DNA of 64,000 bases from Bdellovibrionales bacterium (GCA_050246815.1 JBFWVI010000012.1:1-64000); one strand, 5' to 3'; counted from the stretch's first letter, positions 10,166 through 20,132 are shown. Numbers and translations: made by a program. Notes: generated by a model from the sequence alone, not told the origin.

Positions 10166-11117
10166 ATTCGCCACCTCCTTCTTGAAGCCCTAGGGATTCA
10201 TTCAAGACGGCATCACATTCGCTGCCTGCCATGAGTTCGATCCACTCTCGTTCCGTTTTTAACTTTTCTCCGTAGACCTGGGCGCGTGATTGTGCCGTTG
10301 CCGACACCGCACCCAATAAGCCATTAGTCAGTCCTCCTTTTGATCGTCCAAGGATATCCGTTTCCATACTGCCCGAGGCCAAGCCTCCCACAAAAGTGGT
10401 GAGCACTTGTCCTGCTGTATTTTTCATTCCATCCGAGAAGATGCGGCCTTCGATTCCGGGCTGACCGTCCTTTCCGAGAGCTTGAGCTGAGATTTTCCGA
10501 ATCTGACCGCTCGGTAAGGAAAGCTGTGTGAATCGCACAGATGCTCTCTCGCTTCCGCGCTGAAAACTGGCTTCGCCGTAAAGTTTGGTGCCAGCCGGAA
10601 GCTTGAGTCCGGAATCTGTTTGCGAATCAAGGAGAAGTTCGGCAAGGACTGGTACCGGATCTTGAGAGATAATAACTTTATCAAGAATGCGAAGGGGAAG
10701 TCGGTGGCCCGCTCGGAGTTGAGTTTTGGCATTGCCTCCCTTCTGCCCAAGAATCATCGACGTGTTGTGATTGACTTGGCTTCCACCACCTCGGGGAAGC
10801 GAAACATGAGAAGAAGACCATAGAGAATGTGCAGCAGATTTTTGCGAGGACTTGTCTTGATTTTTTGCATCTGCGTTCGAACTTCTTGAGTCTGAATTTT
10901 CAACTTTTTCGGTGAATTCAAGAGGCACATCGTCCGGTAATAAGAAGACAACGCCTACGAATACAAAAACACTGGCAAGACCCAAGGTCTTAAAAGCCTT
11001 GAAATTCACATCTCCTTTTTGGCTTACATTGCTGTCTCGAATGAAAACCTTGCGGACGTTTGTGACCAGAGATTTCAATTTGCTTCCGGCATTTGCAATG
11101 AAAGACTTTACTTCCAT
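10158..11117 (-). CDS. VirB10/TrbI-like T4SS core protein
   Basis: N-terminal TM, low-complexity linker, LPAGTKLYG...DGQPGIEG motif. Confidence 0.82.
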   Translation of the reverse strand: MEVKSFIANAGSKLKSLVTNVRKVFIRDSNVSQKGDVNFKAFKTLGLASVFVFVGVVFLLPDDVPLEFTEKVENSDSRSSNADAKNQDKSSQKSAAHSLWSSSHVSLPRGGGSQVNHNTSMILGQKGGNAKTQLRAGHRLPLRILDKVIISQDPVPVLAELLLDSQTDSGLKLPAGTKLYGEASFQRGSERASVRFTQLSLPSGQIRKISAQALGKDGQPGIEGRIFSDGMKNTAGQVLTTFVGGLASGSMETDILGRSKGGLTNGLLGAVSATAQSRAQVYGEKLKTEREWIELMAGSECDAVLNESLGLQEGGGEYE

Positions 11118-11818
11118 AAAGTTCCCTCCGGCAAAGTCAGAGAGATTTTTTGTTTACTGCGAAGCTCGATGGTGAGGGACCTTTTCTCAAAAAGATCGGA
11201 TTTCGCAAGCGAAATTCCGATGAGGACCGGTTTTGATTTTGAAAGCTTGAGATCTGAAATGAAAAGTCCATTGATTACTTTCGATGTTCCGTTTTGTGTG
11301 ATCCAAAAATCGTCAGGCTTTAGAGTTGTGGTTTCAGTGGATGATGAGACGAGCTTGGCATCTAGTAGGATGAATCCCTGATTGGAATAGCCGATGCGAG
11401 AAATGGCGAATCTGATGCCATTGGCTTCAGTGAATCTGGAAACGGTTGTCCAGCGTGATACTGGTTTTGCTTCTGGATGTTTCACATAGACAACATAATC
11501 AGCCGTATCTTGCGACAGCGTGAGTAGGCGAAGATTGTAGCGACGTTTTTCGGTGTTCAGATATAAATTGGTCTTTACACCCCACCGCAAAGGCTTGATC
11601 GTTACTGCTTTGTCTAGGTACTCCACCTTAAAGCCAGAGCTATCGCCAATGATGGCGGACTGAATTGTCTCGGGAACCTGAATGATCGTGGCAATCCCAA
11701 GAGCCGCTCGGATGGTGAGGATCTCGTCACTGGTCGCCACTAAATTTCGGACATGCGCAAACGCAGGCCAAGATTGCAGAAAAATCGCCGTTAGGGCCAA
11801 GATTGTGACCCCCCTCAT
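11108..11818 (-). CDS. VirB9/TrbG-like T4SS outer-membrane core protein
   Basis: Signal peptide; TIIQVPETIQSAIIGDS...IKPL...TNLYLNTEKRRYNLRL. Confidence 0.82.
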   Translation of the reverse strand: MRGVTILALTAIFLQSWPAFAHVRNLVATSDEILTIRAALGIATIIQVPETIQSAIIGDSSGFKVEYLDKAVTIKPLRWGVKTNLYLNTEKRRYNLRLLTLSQDTADYVVYVKHPEAKPVSRWTTVSRFTEANGIRFAISRIGYSNQGFILLDAKLVSSSTETTTLKPDDFWITQNGTSKVINGLFISDLKLSKSKPVLIGISLAKSDLFEKRSLTIELRSKQKISLTLPEGTLWK

Positions 11819-12405
11819 GGTCTGGCCTCTTCTGTTTCCTTCGTGATATAGATTCCCCAAGGGTTCACCACTGTTCGATCATCCAAAGCTATTTGGAGAA
11901 CAAGGCGCATTTCGGTTGCGGCCTTGAGGTTTTCAAATTCAGTCACTCGGTCAGCGAGCACGGTGACTTTCTTTTCTTTAAGGTCGACATCGACGGACTT
12001 TGGATAAACACGCTGAGTAATTTTCTTTTCGCGAACGAATTTTTGAGTTTCAGCCATGGATTTATCAAACGCCGAGACAAGCGAAGGCAGAACAAAGAAT
12101 TTTGCCTTTGCGACCTGATTCGCAATTGTGCCGTCAGTCCAAGAGTAGCGATAGGAAACGTACTCTTTGATTGCAGCCTTGACCTGAAGGTCGGTCACTT
12201 TAGATTCGACCCTGGTGATTTCGCCGGTGTTGTCCAAGGCGATGACCATAGGTCCCTTTTTCACCAGATAAAGCACAAGAAGTAGCATGACAAAGAAAAG
12301 GCCCAGGAGACTTGCGCAAAGAAATTTAAGATTGAGATTTTCTTCGGCGAAGGTACGCATGGCTTTCGGATAAGAGCTGATTTGTAGTGTTGTTTTTTGA
12401 TTCAT
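11815..12405 (-). CDS. VirB8/TraE-like T4SS inner-membrane protein
   Basis: Single TM, C-terminal NPWGIYIT motif, position between VirB6 and VirB9. Confidence 0.78.
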   Translation of the reverse strand: MNQKTTLQISSYPKAMRTFAEENLNLKFLCASLLGLFFVMLLLVLYLVKKGPMVIALDNTGEITRVESKVTDLQVKAAIKEYVSYRYSWTDGTIANQVAKAKFFVLPSLVSAFDKSMAETQKFVREKKITQRVYPKSVDVDLKEKKVTVLADRVTEFENLKAATEMRLVLQIALDDRTVVNPWGIYITKETEEARP

Positions 12406-12420
12406 AGGTAGCACCTCCTT

Positions 12421-13299
12421 TTATGGCCGCTTGGGGCCGTTAATTTTGTTTTGAATAGATTGAAGTTTATGACTGGCAAATGCCCGAGTGTTTGAGAGCA
12501 CCTCACGCGTGATTGCCTTGGCAGCGAGCATCTTTCCGGGTAAAGCGACTGCTGCAAGGACCGCCGTCGTTCCGATGGTTTGAGCTGTTGCCTGGACTCC
12601 TTCTCCAATAAGCGAGTGCATAACCTTCGGTGTAAAAAGAAGGGCAATGGCTATCACGAAGTTCATCACGATTAGCGTCAGGTAAGAGCCATCCGTTCGA
12701 TAAATATTCCCGAAGGAAAGCGAGGTCAGCATTGCAGACATGATCGCCCACAAGATTTTCCAGCAAGCGACCTCGATGAGCCCCCGGTAAAGATTCGCGG
12801 TTATTCCCGCCGTCTTTGGGAAAATGTAACAAAGAATCATCAGGGGTGCGCAGACCGACAGGAGAACCCAGTAGAAATAATAAAGAGCAATCGTGATATA
12901 GCGGGCGATCAATAGCAGAACGAAACTTCCAAAGCTTAAGACCGCCATGAAGAGATCATCGAACTTAAGGAGCAGGACGTTCTTGGCGGTGGCATAGCTT
13001 TGCGATTTCTCCTGCGCCATGCGCATGAAAGTTTCAAGGCCCGACATATTATCAATTTTCGCGGCGATACCGTCGCAAATATCCAGAATGATATTTGATA
13101 CCTCAGGAAAAGAAGCCAGAAGCAGACTTGCAACGAGGGCCCGCTTGATTACGTCCGGATAATCGGCATCTCCGGATTTGAGGTATCCAAAGACAACCGA
13201 AAATAAAATTGCCAGCGGCAGCAACACGTAAAATAGCTGACTCAAGCCTTGATAGAGATCGCGGACCAGAGAGCCGAGCATGTCAAGATTTGGAATCAC
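12421..13299 (-). CDS. VirB6/TrbL-like polytopic membrane protein
   Basis: Multiple TM helices; APL...FPKT motif; operon position. Confidence 0.8.
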   Translation of the reverse strand: MIPNLDMLGSLVRDLYQGLSQLFYVLLPLAILFSVVFGYLKSGDADYPDVIKRALVASLLLASFPEVSNIILDICDGIAAKIDNMSGLETFMRMAQEKSQSYATAKNVLLLKFDDLFMAVLSFGSFVLLLIARYITIALYYFYWVLLSVCAPLMILCYIFPKTAGITANLYRGLIEVACWKILWAIMSAMLTSLSFGNIYRTDGSYLTLIVMNFVIAIALLFTPKVMHSLIGEGVQATAQTIGTTAVLAAVALPGKMLAAKAITREVLSNTRAFASHKLQSIQNKINGPKRP

Positions 13300-13997
13300 T
13301 TTCCACCTCCAAGTCTTGGAAGCTCAGTTCCCTTCGGCAGTTCCTTAAACCCGTTTGAAAGGCCCTGGTAATTTTCTTGGAAATTTTGAGTCGCAAGCTT
13401 TTCCTTGCGAGTATCGTAGGCCATGTTTTGGGCCATGATTTTCAGCATCTGACTTTGAGAGCGAAGAAGCTGAGTTGTAACGCCAATCAGCACACCAAGA
13501 GCCTGATTTTGAAGTTTTCCGGCCCCTTGGGGACTGACAACTTGTGCATGAAAGAGGATTTTGTCTCGCTCACGATCCACTTGGTCGGCGTAGTCATAAA
13601 GATTTCGATTCATTGCAATGACTTCAGCGACACTTTGATCTTGAGACCGCATCAAGTCCTCATCCATTCCTTGAGGGACAGCTCCATAAACAGATTGAAT
13701 TGCCCGAAGAACATCGTCGGCGGTTCTTAAATCGCCATACACGCCGGGATTGAAATTTGGATTGATAATCTGAATGAGATCGAGCCCACTTCTTACTCCG
13801 GCGTTGATGTCACGCATGAGATCCAAAGTATCTTTGCCGTTTTCCAGCATACTTTTAAGTGTCAGCACCGTTTGAATAGCTTGAGCAAGAATCTGTGTGA
13901 GGACAACAACGTCGCCGCCAAAAAGATCAGCGCGGGCCGGATGGGGGCTTACCATCATAGATAGAACTAAAAGAGAGCTCAGAATTCTTTTCTTCAT
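13296..13997 (-). CDS. VirB5/TrbJ-like secreted helical protein
   Basis: Signal peptide (PARA-DLFGGD), helical Q-rich body, between VirB4 and VirB6. Confidence 0.65.
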   Translation of the reverse strand: MKKRILSSLLVLSMMVSPHPARADLFGGDVVVLTQILAQAIQTVLTLKSMLENGKDTLDLMRDINAGVRSGLDLIQIINPNFNPGVYGDLRTADDVLRAIQSVYGAVPQGMDEDLMRSQDQSVAEVIAMNRNLYDYADQVDRERDKILFHAQVVSPQGAGKLQNQALGVLIGVTTQLLRSQSQMLKIMAQNMAYDTRKEKLATQNFQENYQGLSNGFKELPKGTELPRLGGGK

Positions 13998-16459
13998 GCC
14001 GGAACCTCCTTTGTTGATGCGATTCCGAATGGGGCAACTTGAGCTGCCTCCATCAACGCTTCTTCGAGTGATTGATGTTTGAGTTTAAGATTTTCCAAGA
14101 ACTGGTTGTCTCTGGCGTCTGAAGTTGAAATCCAATATTCAAGTGGCGAAGGCTGAATCCGGATGACTTGCCGACTTTCTCCTTCCATCAAGAAGCCTTC
14201 ACTGAAAACACCTTTTCGTTGTTCAAGACTCTGGATAAGTCTCAGCTCTTGAGAGTTCAGCTTGAGGGCATCCCCTAAAACATTGGTGTCACCCTTCTGA
14301 AGCATCACAAGCTTGGTGGCCGTGTTGTTCAAAATGGCAGGGCCCATGCCACACGCAATAATTTCTTCAACGCCTTGGGTGATGAAGCTCACGCCACTTC
14401 CGGTTTTACGAAAAGTTCGCGCCGCATACTCCATGAAAGAACTTGCCGCTGGGCTTCTGAGTAGCTCCCAAGCCTCGTCGAGCAAAACTCGTTTCGGAAC
14501 GGTCCGATCCGTTTCAACTTGCTCCAGAATGAAGTTTGTCAAAATAAGGATCATTACGGACTGGAGATCCGGATACTGAGAAAGCCCTTTCAAATCGAAA
14601 GCGACTATTGCTCGATCCGATTCAATTTTTCCAGGGCGGTCCAAAAGACGGCCGTAGGGAGTTTCACCAAGCCAAGGGAATAGCAGCTTGCCAATTCGCT
14701 TGAGTGATTCATCAGGGTCTTTTTGGCAGTGGTGAGCCAGGTCCGACAATGTTGGCGACTTGGGATCATCAGACTGCCGCGCCTTTTCAAAAACAGTGGT
14801 GAGAGCGGTTTCAAGCAGAACCCGCTCAAACCGAGAAAGTTTCTCGCCAGCATCAACAACCATTTGCTCAACGATGCTGACAAGACCTTTCAGCCGATCA
14901 CCACTTGGCGGAAGGCTGGGATCGCGTAATTCAAATGGATTTAGGGCATACTGGCCAGTCAGGTTGATTTCAAAGTACTGGCCGCCCAGAACTTCTGTCA
15001 TCTTTTTGTAGGAGCCACCAATGTCGATGATAAAAACCTTCGTTCCACGTGCAATCTGCTGAAGCATCAAAAAATTGTTGGCAAAACTTTTTCCTGAGCC
15101 GCTGGACCCCGTGATAAGCGAATTAAAATTATTCAGCCGGTTTGAATAAGGATTGTGAGTATAGAGAGTGCCGAGCCGAGTCTTTAGTAGACAGACCGGC
15201 ACATCGTCGCCGGTGGCAGCACCATAAAGCGGAAAGAAATCGACCAAATTATTGGTCTTCATCCGCTTGGTTCTCACCGGACTCATAGGGGCTAGAGGCA
15301 AGTCGGACTTAAAGACTTTCCAGCTTCCAACCGTTTCCTGAATGCCTTCGGACCCACTTAGGGTTTTGAATCGGGCCAGAACTTCTTTTGTATGCAGATT
15401 CAGGCGTCTTGCGCCCTCCCGCGTTTCTTCTTCACGGAGAATAATCAGTAGTTCTGTTTGAAAGATTCTCTGACCTGTTTCGATAATCTCGCGGAGGAGG
15501 TCGGTAGTTTGGGAAAGGCGCGATTCACTTTCAAGATCAGAAACTCGATTTGAGGTCGTGGCCGAGAGCGAATGGGCCATTCGGCGCTTTTGCTCAAGGC
15601 TTCTGATTTCTTTAGATTGATCCGGAGTCTTGAATGAAAAGATCAGTTCATACTTGAACGGAAGCGCGAGAAACCCACTCATCATCCCGGCAAATGTCAC
15701 TTCGGGAAGAGTTTTAAGGGTGATGACGCGAGTTCTAAGTCCATCAAGGATGAAATCTTCCCGGTCCAGAATCAAATCTCCAAACACGATCTGGGACCTT
15801 GGTGATGGATCATCAAGATCTGTTGGTCGCACGGCTACTACGGGACAAGTAATGTCAGCGCTTCGTTTTGGATTGAAATGCTGGTAGAGAATTTCAATCA
15901 GTCTTTCGCGGGTCAGATGCGCAGATGAAAACCCAAGCGAAGCCAGGGAACTTTCGGCTCCTTCAAGAGCTTGACTCAAAGTTTGAAGACGATCCTCGAA
16001 TCCTTTTTCAAATTCGAGAGCGAATTTCTTTGTTTGTGAAAGGGAAAGAGTGCCGGGCCACTCAGTTCCTTCAGTTTTTAAAAAAAATAGAAGTTTCGGG
16101 CGGAAGACCAGACCCGCTTTGACCTGTTCATAAATCGAGCTCGCTCGTGCTTTGTCCAACGATTGAAGGAATTGATTTTTTGTGGTGACGAGGCATTCGT
16201 GTTTTTGCAAGACCTCCTCAACGTCGGTCTCAATTTTTACCATGAACTGGCTCGTCATGCCCTCTGGTAAGGAGTTCGCGAAGGCTCGCAGACCTTGGGT
16301 AAGCTGGTTAATTCTGGATTCATCAAAACACTCAATATCGAGTGGCAAGAGTTCAACACCGGAACTGATGGACCCATCCCATAAGACGATATGAGGAAAA
16401 GGATTGGATTCAAATTCCCAATAGGGAAGATTGTCGCTTAATGCGTTTTCGTTATTCAT
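13994..16459 (-). CDS. virB4: VirB4/TraC conjugative transfer ATPase
   Basis: GSSGSGKS Walker A, IIDIGGSY, LDEAWELL Walker B, RTFRK, ITQ. Confidence 0.95.
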   Translation of the reverse strand: MNNENALSDNLPYWEFESNPFPHIVLWDGSISSGVELLPLDIECFDESRINQLTQGLRAFANSLPEGMTSQFMVKIETDVEEVLQKHECLVTTKNQFLQSLDKARASSIYEQVKAGLVFRPKLLFFLKTEGTEWPGTLSLSQTKKFALEFEKGFEDRLQTLSQALEGAESSLASLGFSSAHLTRERLIEILYQHFNPKRSADITCPVVAVRPTDLDDPSPRSQIVFGDLILDREDFILDGLRTRVITLKTLPEVTFAGMMSGFLALPFKYELIFSFKTPDQSKEIRSLEQKRRMAHSLSATTSNRVSDLESESRLSQTTDLLREIIETGQRIFQTELLIILREEETREGARRLNLHTKEVLARFKTLSGSEGIQETVGSWKVFKSDLPLAPMSPVRTKRMKTNNLVDFFPLYGAATGDDVPVCLLKTRLGTLYTHNPYSNRLNNFNSLITGSSGSGKSFANNFLMLQQIARGTKVFIIDIGGSYKKMTEVLGGQYFEINLTGQYALNPFELRDPSLPPSGDRLKGLVSIVEQMVVDAGEKLSRFERVLLETALTTVFEKARQSDDPKSPTLSDLAHHCQKDPDESLKRIGKLLFPWLGETPYGRLLDRPGKIESDRAIVAFDLKGLSQYPDLQSVMILILTNFILEQVETDRTVPKRVLLDEAWELLRSPAASSFMEYAARTFRKTGSGVSFITQGVEEIIACGMGPAILNNTATKLVMLQKGDTNVLGDALKLNSQELRLIQSLEQRKGVFSEGFLMEGESRQVIRIQPSPLEYWISTSDARDNQFLENLKLKHQSLEEALMEAAQVAPFGIASTKEVPA

Positions 16460-16779
16460 GTGACGTCCCTGGATGAGAATCGTCGATATTTTTTGTCGGT
16501 CGAATTTGCCGATTGGATGGTCGGAGAAATGAGATGTTCAACGAAATGCTGGATGTAGCCGTCCGGCTTTCCGCGTTTGAAAAAGAACAGCACTCCGAAT
16601 AAAAGAAGGCTCGATCCAAATACCATCGGAATTTTGGCGACGGTTGAGCCAAAAAGAAGATTCTGGACCGAAATGTTTAAGAGCAAAATCAGAACGTCGG
16701 AAAGCTCAAGGCCCAGGATTTTATTTTTCGTCTCTAGGGTTCTGGGAACATTTGATGTCAATAGAGAATCGTCGTTCAT
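16456..16779 (-). CDS. VirB3/TraL-like small membrane protein
   Basis: Two TM segments, KRGKPDGY motif; between the pilin and VirB4. Confidence 0.7.
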   Translation of the reverse strand: MNDDSLLTSNVPRTLETKNKILGLELSDVLILLLNISVQNLLFGSTVAKIPMVFGSSLLLFGVLFFFKRGKPDGYIQHFVEHLISPTIQSANSTDKKYRRFSSRDVT

Positions 16780-17066
16780 CAGCGCACCGTCTGCGAGATG
16801 AAGTCAACGATGGCCTGAGCGCCGAAGCCAATAATAGAGCCGAAAATCGCATACCACATATGGGTTTTGGCTCGCTCGTTTCCGCTCATCATCGAAAATG
16901 CGGCCCATGCGATTCCAATGATTGAAAGCGCGGGCAAGATCACTCGAGTCAATTTCGTCTGAATCCCGATGAGAGAAGATTCGACACTGGCAAGGCCAAG
17001 CTCTGGCATCAGAACTAGAACGAGGCTCATGACAGTCAAAGTTAAAAACATTTTTTTTCTATTCAT
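16779..17066 (-). CDS. VirB2/TrbC-like pilin
   Basis: Signal peptide plus two hydrophobic helices ending IIGFGAQAIV; strong RBS caggaggtg. Confidence 0.82.
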   Translation of the reverse strand: MNRKKMFLTLTVMSLVLVLMPELGLASVESSLIGIQTKLTRVILPALSIIGIAWAAFSMMSGNERAKTHMWYAIFGSIIGFGAQAIVDFISQTVR

Positions 17067-17096
17067 AACGTCACCTCCTGTTTCAAATTTAGTTTT

Positions 17097-17510
17097 TTAA
17101 GATGCAATATGGTCCTCCTGGGGTTCGTTTTTCTCAGGGAATAGGCAGAGAAAGATGTTTTCAGGTAAGAGCTGAATCCTGAGAACGATAAAGCTTCCAA
17201 GCAGCCGGCCATTGCCAATGCGATTCCAGCTTGTCCGCGTCTCTCCAGTCGGAAGCTGGTACTCCTCAAGGCTTAGAACCACGTATTTCGTATCGTCCTT
17301 GTCATCGGGCATGATGAAATACTGATGACTTGGGAACACGAAGAGCTTTAGGCGAAACTTCTTTGAGCCGGGTTTGAGATACGCGATCCCGACGCATTCA
17401 CCTTCAACGACTTCACCACCTGAGGTGATTTCACCGAGGTAGACACCGAAGCTGTCAGATTTGCGGATGGGAATGACGTTGCCGTGGCGTGAATCATTAT
17501 ATTCACTCAT
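17097..17510 (-). CDS. Hypothetical protein with duplicated beta-rich unit (possible ssDNA-binding)
   Basis: Two similar segments (VGIAYL...FRLKLFVFP and IGNGRL...VLRIQLLP); ATGA-coupled. Confidence 0.55.
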   Translation of the reverse strand: MSEYNDSRHGNVIPIRKSDSFGVYLGEITSGGEVVEGECVGIAYLKPGSKKFRLKLFVFPSHQYFIMPDDKDDTKYVVLSLEEYQLPTGETRTSWNRIGNGRLLGSFIVLRIQLLPENIFLCLFPEKNEPQEDHIAS

Positions 17511-17758
17511 GCAGCAAACCTTTCCATCTCAAACATTTCCACGACGTCTTCGGTCCACCCACATTCAGAGCACGTCAGATAACCGCTCCTGAAATCGGTT
17601 AGCCCTCGGCACTCAGGGCACAGGTCTCCATCCACGGGAGGGCCCGCCTTTTTGAAATTGAGATACCGACGTTTCAATCCAGGCTCCATTTGTCTAGCGT
17701 AGGTCTTCTCGCTCTCAGTTCGATAGATCGGATTTTTGTCCTTAAAAGTTCGAGCCAT
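17507..17758 (-). CDS. Small zinc-ribbon protein
   Basis: CPEC...CSECGW. Confidence 0.65.
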   Translation of the reverse strand: MARTFKDKNPIYRTESEKTYARQMEPGLKRRYLNFKKAGPPVDGDLCPECRGLTDFRSGYLTCSECGWTEDVVEMFEMERFAA

Positions 17759-17967
17759 CAGAACCTCCCCATGTGATTAAAATCAGTGGGGGGACGGCAC
17801 CTCTTCATCTCAAGGCGTTCCCATTGCTCGAAGCTCAGATCAGATTTCGTGAAGGGGAGTTTCAATCGTTCCCACAGAGTGGGTTTTGCCGCCTTTTCAA
17901 GAGGGATGAGCGAGAGATTCGCGGCCCTCTTTGTTTCACTTTGAATTTTGATTTGTTTTGCATTCAT
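17758..17967 (-). CDS. Hypothetical protein
   Basis: ATG after aaggaggt RBS; coupled to the next gene. Confidence 0.6.
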   Translation of the reverse strand: MNAKQIKIQSETKRAANLSLIPLEKAAKPTLWERLKLPFTKSDLSFEQWERLEMKRCRPPTDFNHMGRF

Positions 17968-17991
17968 AAACGTACCTCCTTTGTTTTTTGG

Positions 17992-18264
17992 TTAAGCGAT
18001 CCGTTGCGTACTGGAAGAGAAGTCTTCACCGACGCCCGCGAGATCGATTGTGTTTTCGTTTTCATGGTTGACGTTGAAATCAACGTCGCTGCCGAATTGC
18101 TGACGAACGGCTTCAAAAATGTTGTCGAGCTGGCCGAGTTCGACCAGGAGCAGACTGTTGTCCCAATCGCAGCCGCAACACATTTGATCGATGCCTAAGG
18201 TCAGAATTTCTTTTGACCCGCACTTCGGACATTTTTCCTTTTTGTGTTCAGTTCCAATTTTCAT
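17992..18264 (-). CDS. Small zinc-ribbon protein, first gene of the transfer operon
   Basis: CPKC...CCGCDW; RBS aagggg. Confidence 0.62.
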   Translation of the reverse strand: MKIGTEHKKEKCPKCGSKEILTLGIDQMCCGCDWDNSLLLVELGQLDNIFEAVRQQFGSDVDFNVNHENENTIDLAGVGEDFSSSTQRIA

Positions 18265-18315
18265 AAGCCCCTTCTTTCTGCGGCTTTTAAAGCCGCGGTT
18301 ACACCCGACCTTAAG

Positions 18316-18331
18316 AGCAGGAATGGGTCCG
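18316..18331 (-). promoter_or_regulatory. Candidate sigma54 (-24/-12) promoter of the transfer operon
   Basis: Minus strand CGG-ACCCATTCCT-GCT has GG-N10-GC spacing, about 50 nt upstream of the first gene. Confidence 0.45.
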
Positions 18332-18418
18332 AAACGTGGGCGAGAGCCCAGATGATGGCTATGTGATTGAATTGCCTTTGGATTGGCAGATTTCGAATGC
18401 GCTTTTGAAAATCGCTGT

Positions 18419-18537
18419 GTGGCTCAGTTGAGCCACGGGCTAGCGGTTAAAAAATCAATTTCTCAAAGGAGATTAAGCAGATAGATCGGACGCTGTTGAA
18501 GTGGACCAAGTGATCCACGGTTGGCTCAAATGAGCCA
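18419..18537. promoter_or_regulatory. Three palindromic boxes TGGCTCAnnTGAGCCA (candidate enhancer sites)
   Basis: gtggctcagttgagccac 18419-18436, gtggaccaagtgatccac 18501-18518, tggctcaaatgagcca 18522-18537. Confidence 0.65.
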
Positions 18538-18590
18538 GTCAAATCAAATCGAATTTAGGGAAGAATGCAGAAAATACCGGAAGGAAGAGT

Positions 18591-20132
18591 CTAAACGACG
18601 ACGATAGGAATGTCACTCAACGCTGTTTTTGGAATAAGGGGGATTTGACGTGTCTTACATGCCGACTGAACTATGGGATCGTCAAAGTGTCCTGTAACCA
18701 AGAATTTCTCCGCACCTGGCGATGAGATCTCAGCGAGCAAATCAATGCCGGTTTTCTTAGTTCCCAAATCATAGTCTGCAAAGACAACAACCCGGCCTGA
18801 AGCAGCACCTGATTGACTGCTTAAAAATGACAACGCGGCTCTAGCGGTCTCATGGCATGTAGGTACATTGGTAAAACCAGCTTCTCTCAGGCGCTCTCGC
18901 CAAATGTCATGCATGGTTACTTGGTCATCAACCACAACAACGGTATCACTGTTCTTGAGCTTGATCCGTGGAACATACCAGGGCTCTCGGGACTGAATTG
19001 GAAGAGTCACTTGAACGGATGTGCCGAATCCAACCTCTGAGGAAATTCTTAAAGATCCGCCCCAAGCTTCAATATTTTCCTTTGCGTGATGAAGACCAAG
19101 TCCGGTCCCTGTAGGCTTTCCAAATGAGAAACCCTTCTCCGTGACTTTTGATTGAAGTTCAGAAGGAATTCCTTTTCCATTGTCTTTTACCTCGATGATG
19201 ACCCGGTCCCCGAAGTCCTGCGCGATGAGATCGACTCGTCCACTGTCAGGTGTTGCTTCAAAGGCATTCGTTGCCAAATTTGTCAAAATAGACCTTAGCT
19301 CGTGCCCTATGAAATCTCCATGCGCGGAAATCAACGAATCATCAACCTGGGTTGTAACGATCAAACGCCCTGGTGATACGAGGCGAACCTCTCGCATCGC
19401 ATCGGTCAAGATTGGATGAAACAAATTGTCTGACGCTGACTTCTTGTTCGGCTCGTCCAAGTCTGAAACTAAATTTTTAATGTGCGTGATGACGTTCGAT
19501 AGAAGTTCTTGGTTATTATCTGAAGGGCCTTTCCGATTTGAAAGACGAATCAGTGCAGAAAGCGGTGTTCGGATATTGTGTCGAAGTTTTCTTGCGACTT
19601 CGGCTCGGGCCAATTCGGTCTCGATACGCAAAGATTCGTCAAAGCCCTCAACAATTCGTTTCTTCATCAAGCGCGTTTGCGGGATTGAAACCAGATTCAA
19701 GACCACCCAAATTAAAAATGCCCAGCCGATTTCTTTCAGGCGGCTAAACTCAAAAATAATTTTATCTTGGCTCGTTGTAATAGTCGGAATATCCACCGCA
19801 ACTTCGTCATAGGTTAGGCGTCGCAAAAACGATTTGTCAGGAATAAGATCCGCCAGTTCTGGGAGCGTAAAAGATCTACGAGGATCAGATGAAATGTATC
19901 GAATCGTTGAAAAGTGATCGAGCCTTGCTTCCTGGAGGGTTATACCGACCTCTCGAAAATCCTCGACTTGAATCATACGAGAAATAAACTTTGCTGTCTG
20001 CATGGCTTGGCCACTTAGATGAATGTAGTTGAAGACAATCGAGAGACAAAAAAGAATCAAAAGGCCAAGCAGCGAAGCTATGAGCTGTTTTCTTTCAAAA
20101 CTTTTAAGGCGATGCTTCAATGATTCTCTCAC
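18591..20132 (-). CDS. Hybrid membrane sensor histidine kinase with C-terminal receiver-like domain
   Basis: Two TMs; H box RHNIRTP, N box NLATNAFEA, DNGKGI, GTGLGL; VVVDDQ...FADYDLG...VTG receiver features. Confidence 0.9.
   Translation of the reverse strand: MRESLKHRLKSFERKQLIASLLGLLILFCLSIVFNYIHLSGQAMQTAKFISRMIQVEDFREVGITLQEARLDHFSTIRYISSDPRRSFTLPELADLIPDKSFLRRLTYDEVAVDIPTITTSQDKIIFEFSRLKEIGWAFLIWVVLNLVSIPQTRLMKKRIVEGFDESLRIETELARAEVARKLRHNIRTPLSALIRLSNRKGPSDNNQELLSNVITHIKNLVSDLDEPNKKSASDNLFHPILTDAMREVRLVSPGRLIVTTQVDDSLISAHGDFIGHELRSILTNLATNAFEATPDSGRVDLIAQDFGDRVIIEVKDNGKGIPSELQSKVTEKGFSFGKPTGTGLGLHHAKENIEAWGGSLRISSEVGFGTSVQVTLPIQSREPWYVPRIKLKNSDTVVVVDDQVTMHDIWRERLREAGFTNVPTCHETARAALSFLSSQSGAASGRVVVFADYDLGTKKTGIDLLAEISSPGAEKFLVTGHFDDPIVQSACKTRQIPLIPKTALSDIPIVVV

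Noticed and set aside
18419..18537. Palindromic repeats as a mini-CRISPR
   Set aside because: 16-18 bp degenerate units, irregular spacing, no cas genes.
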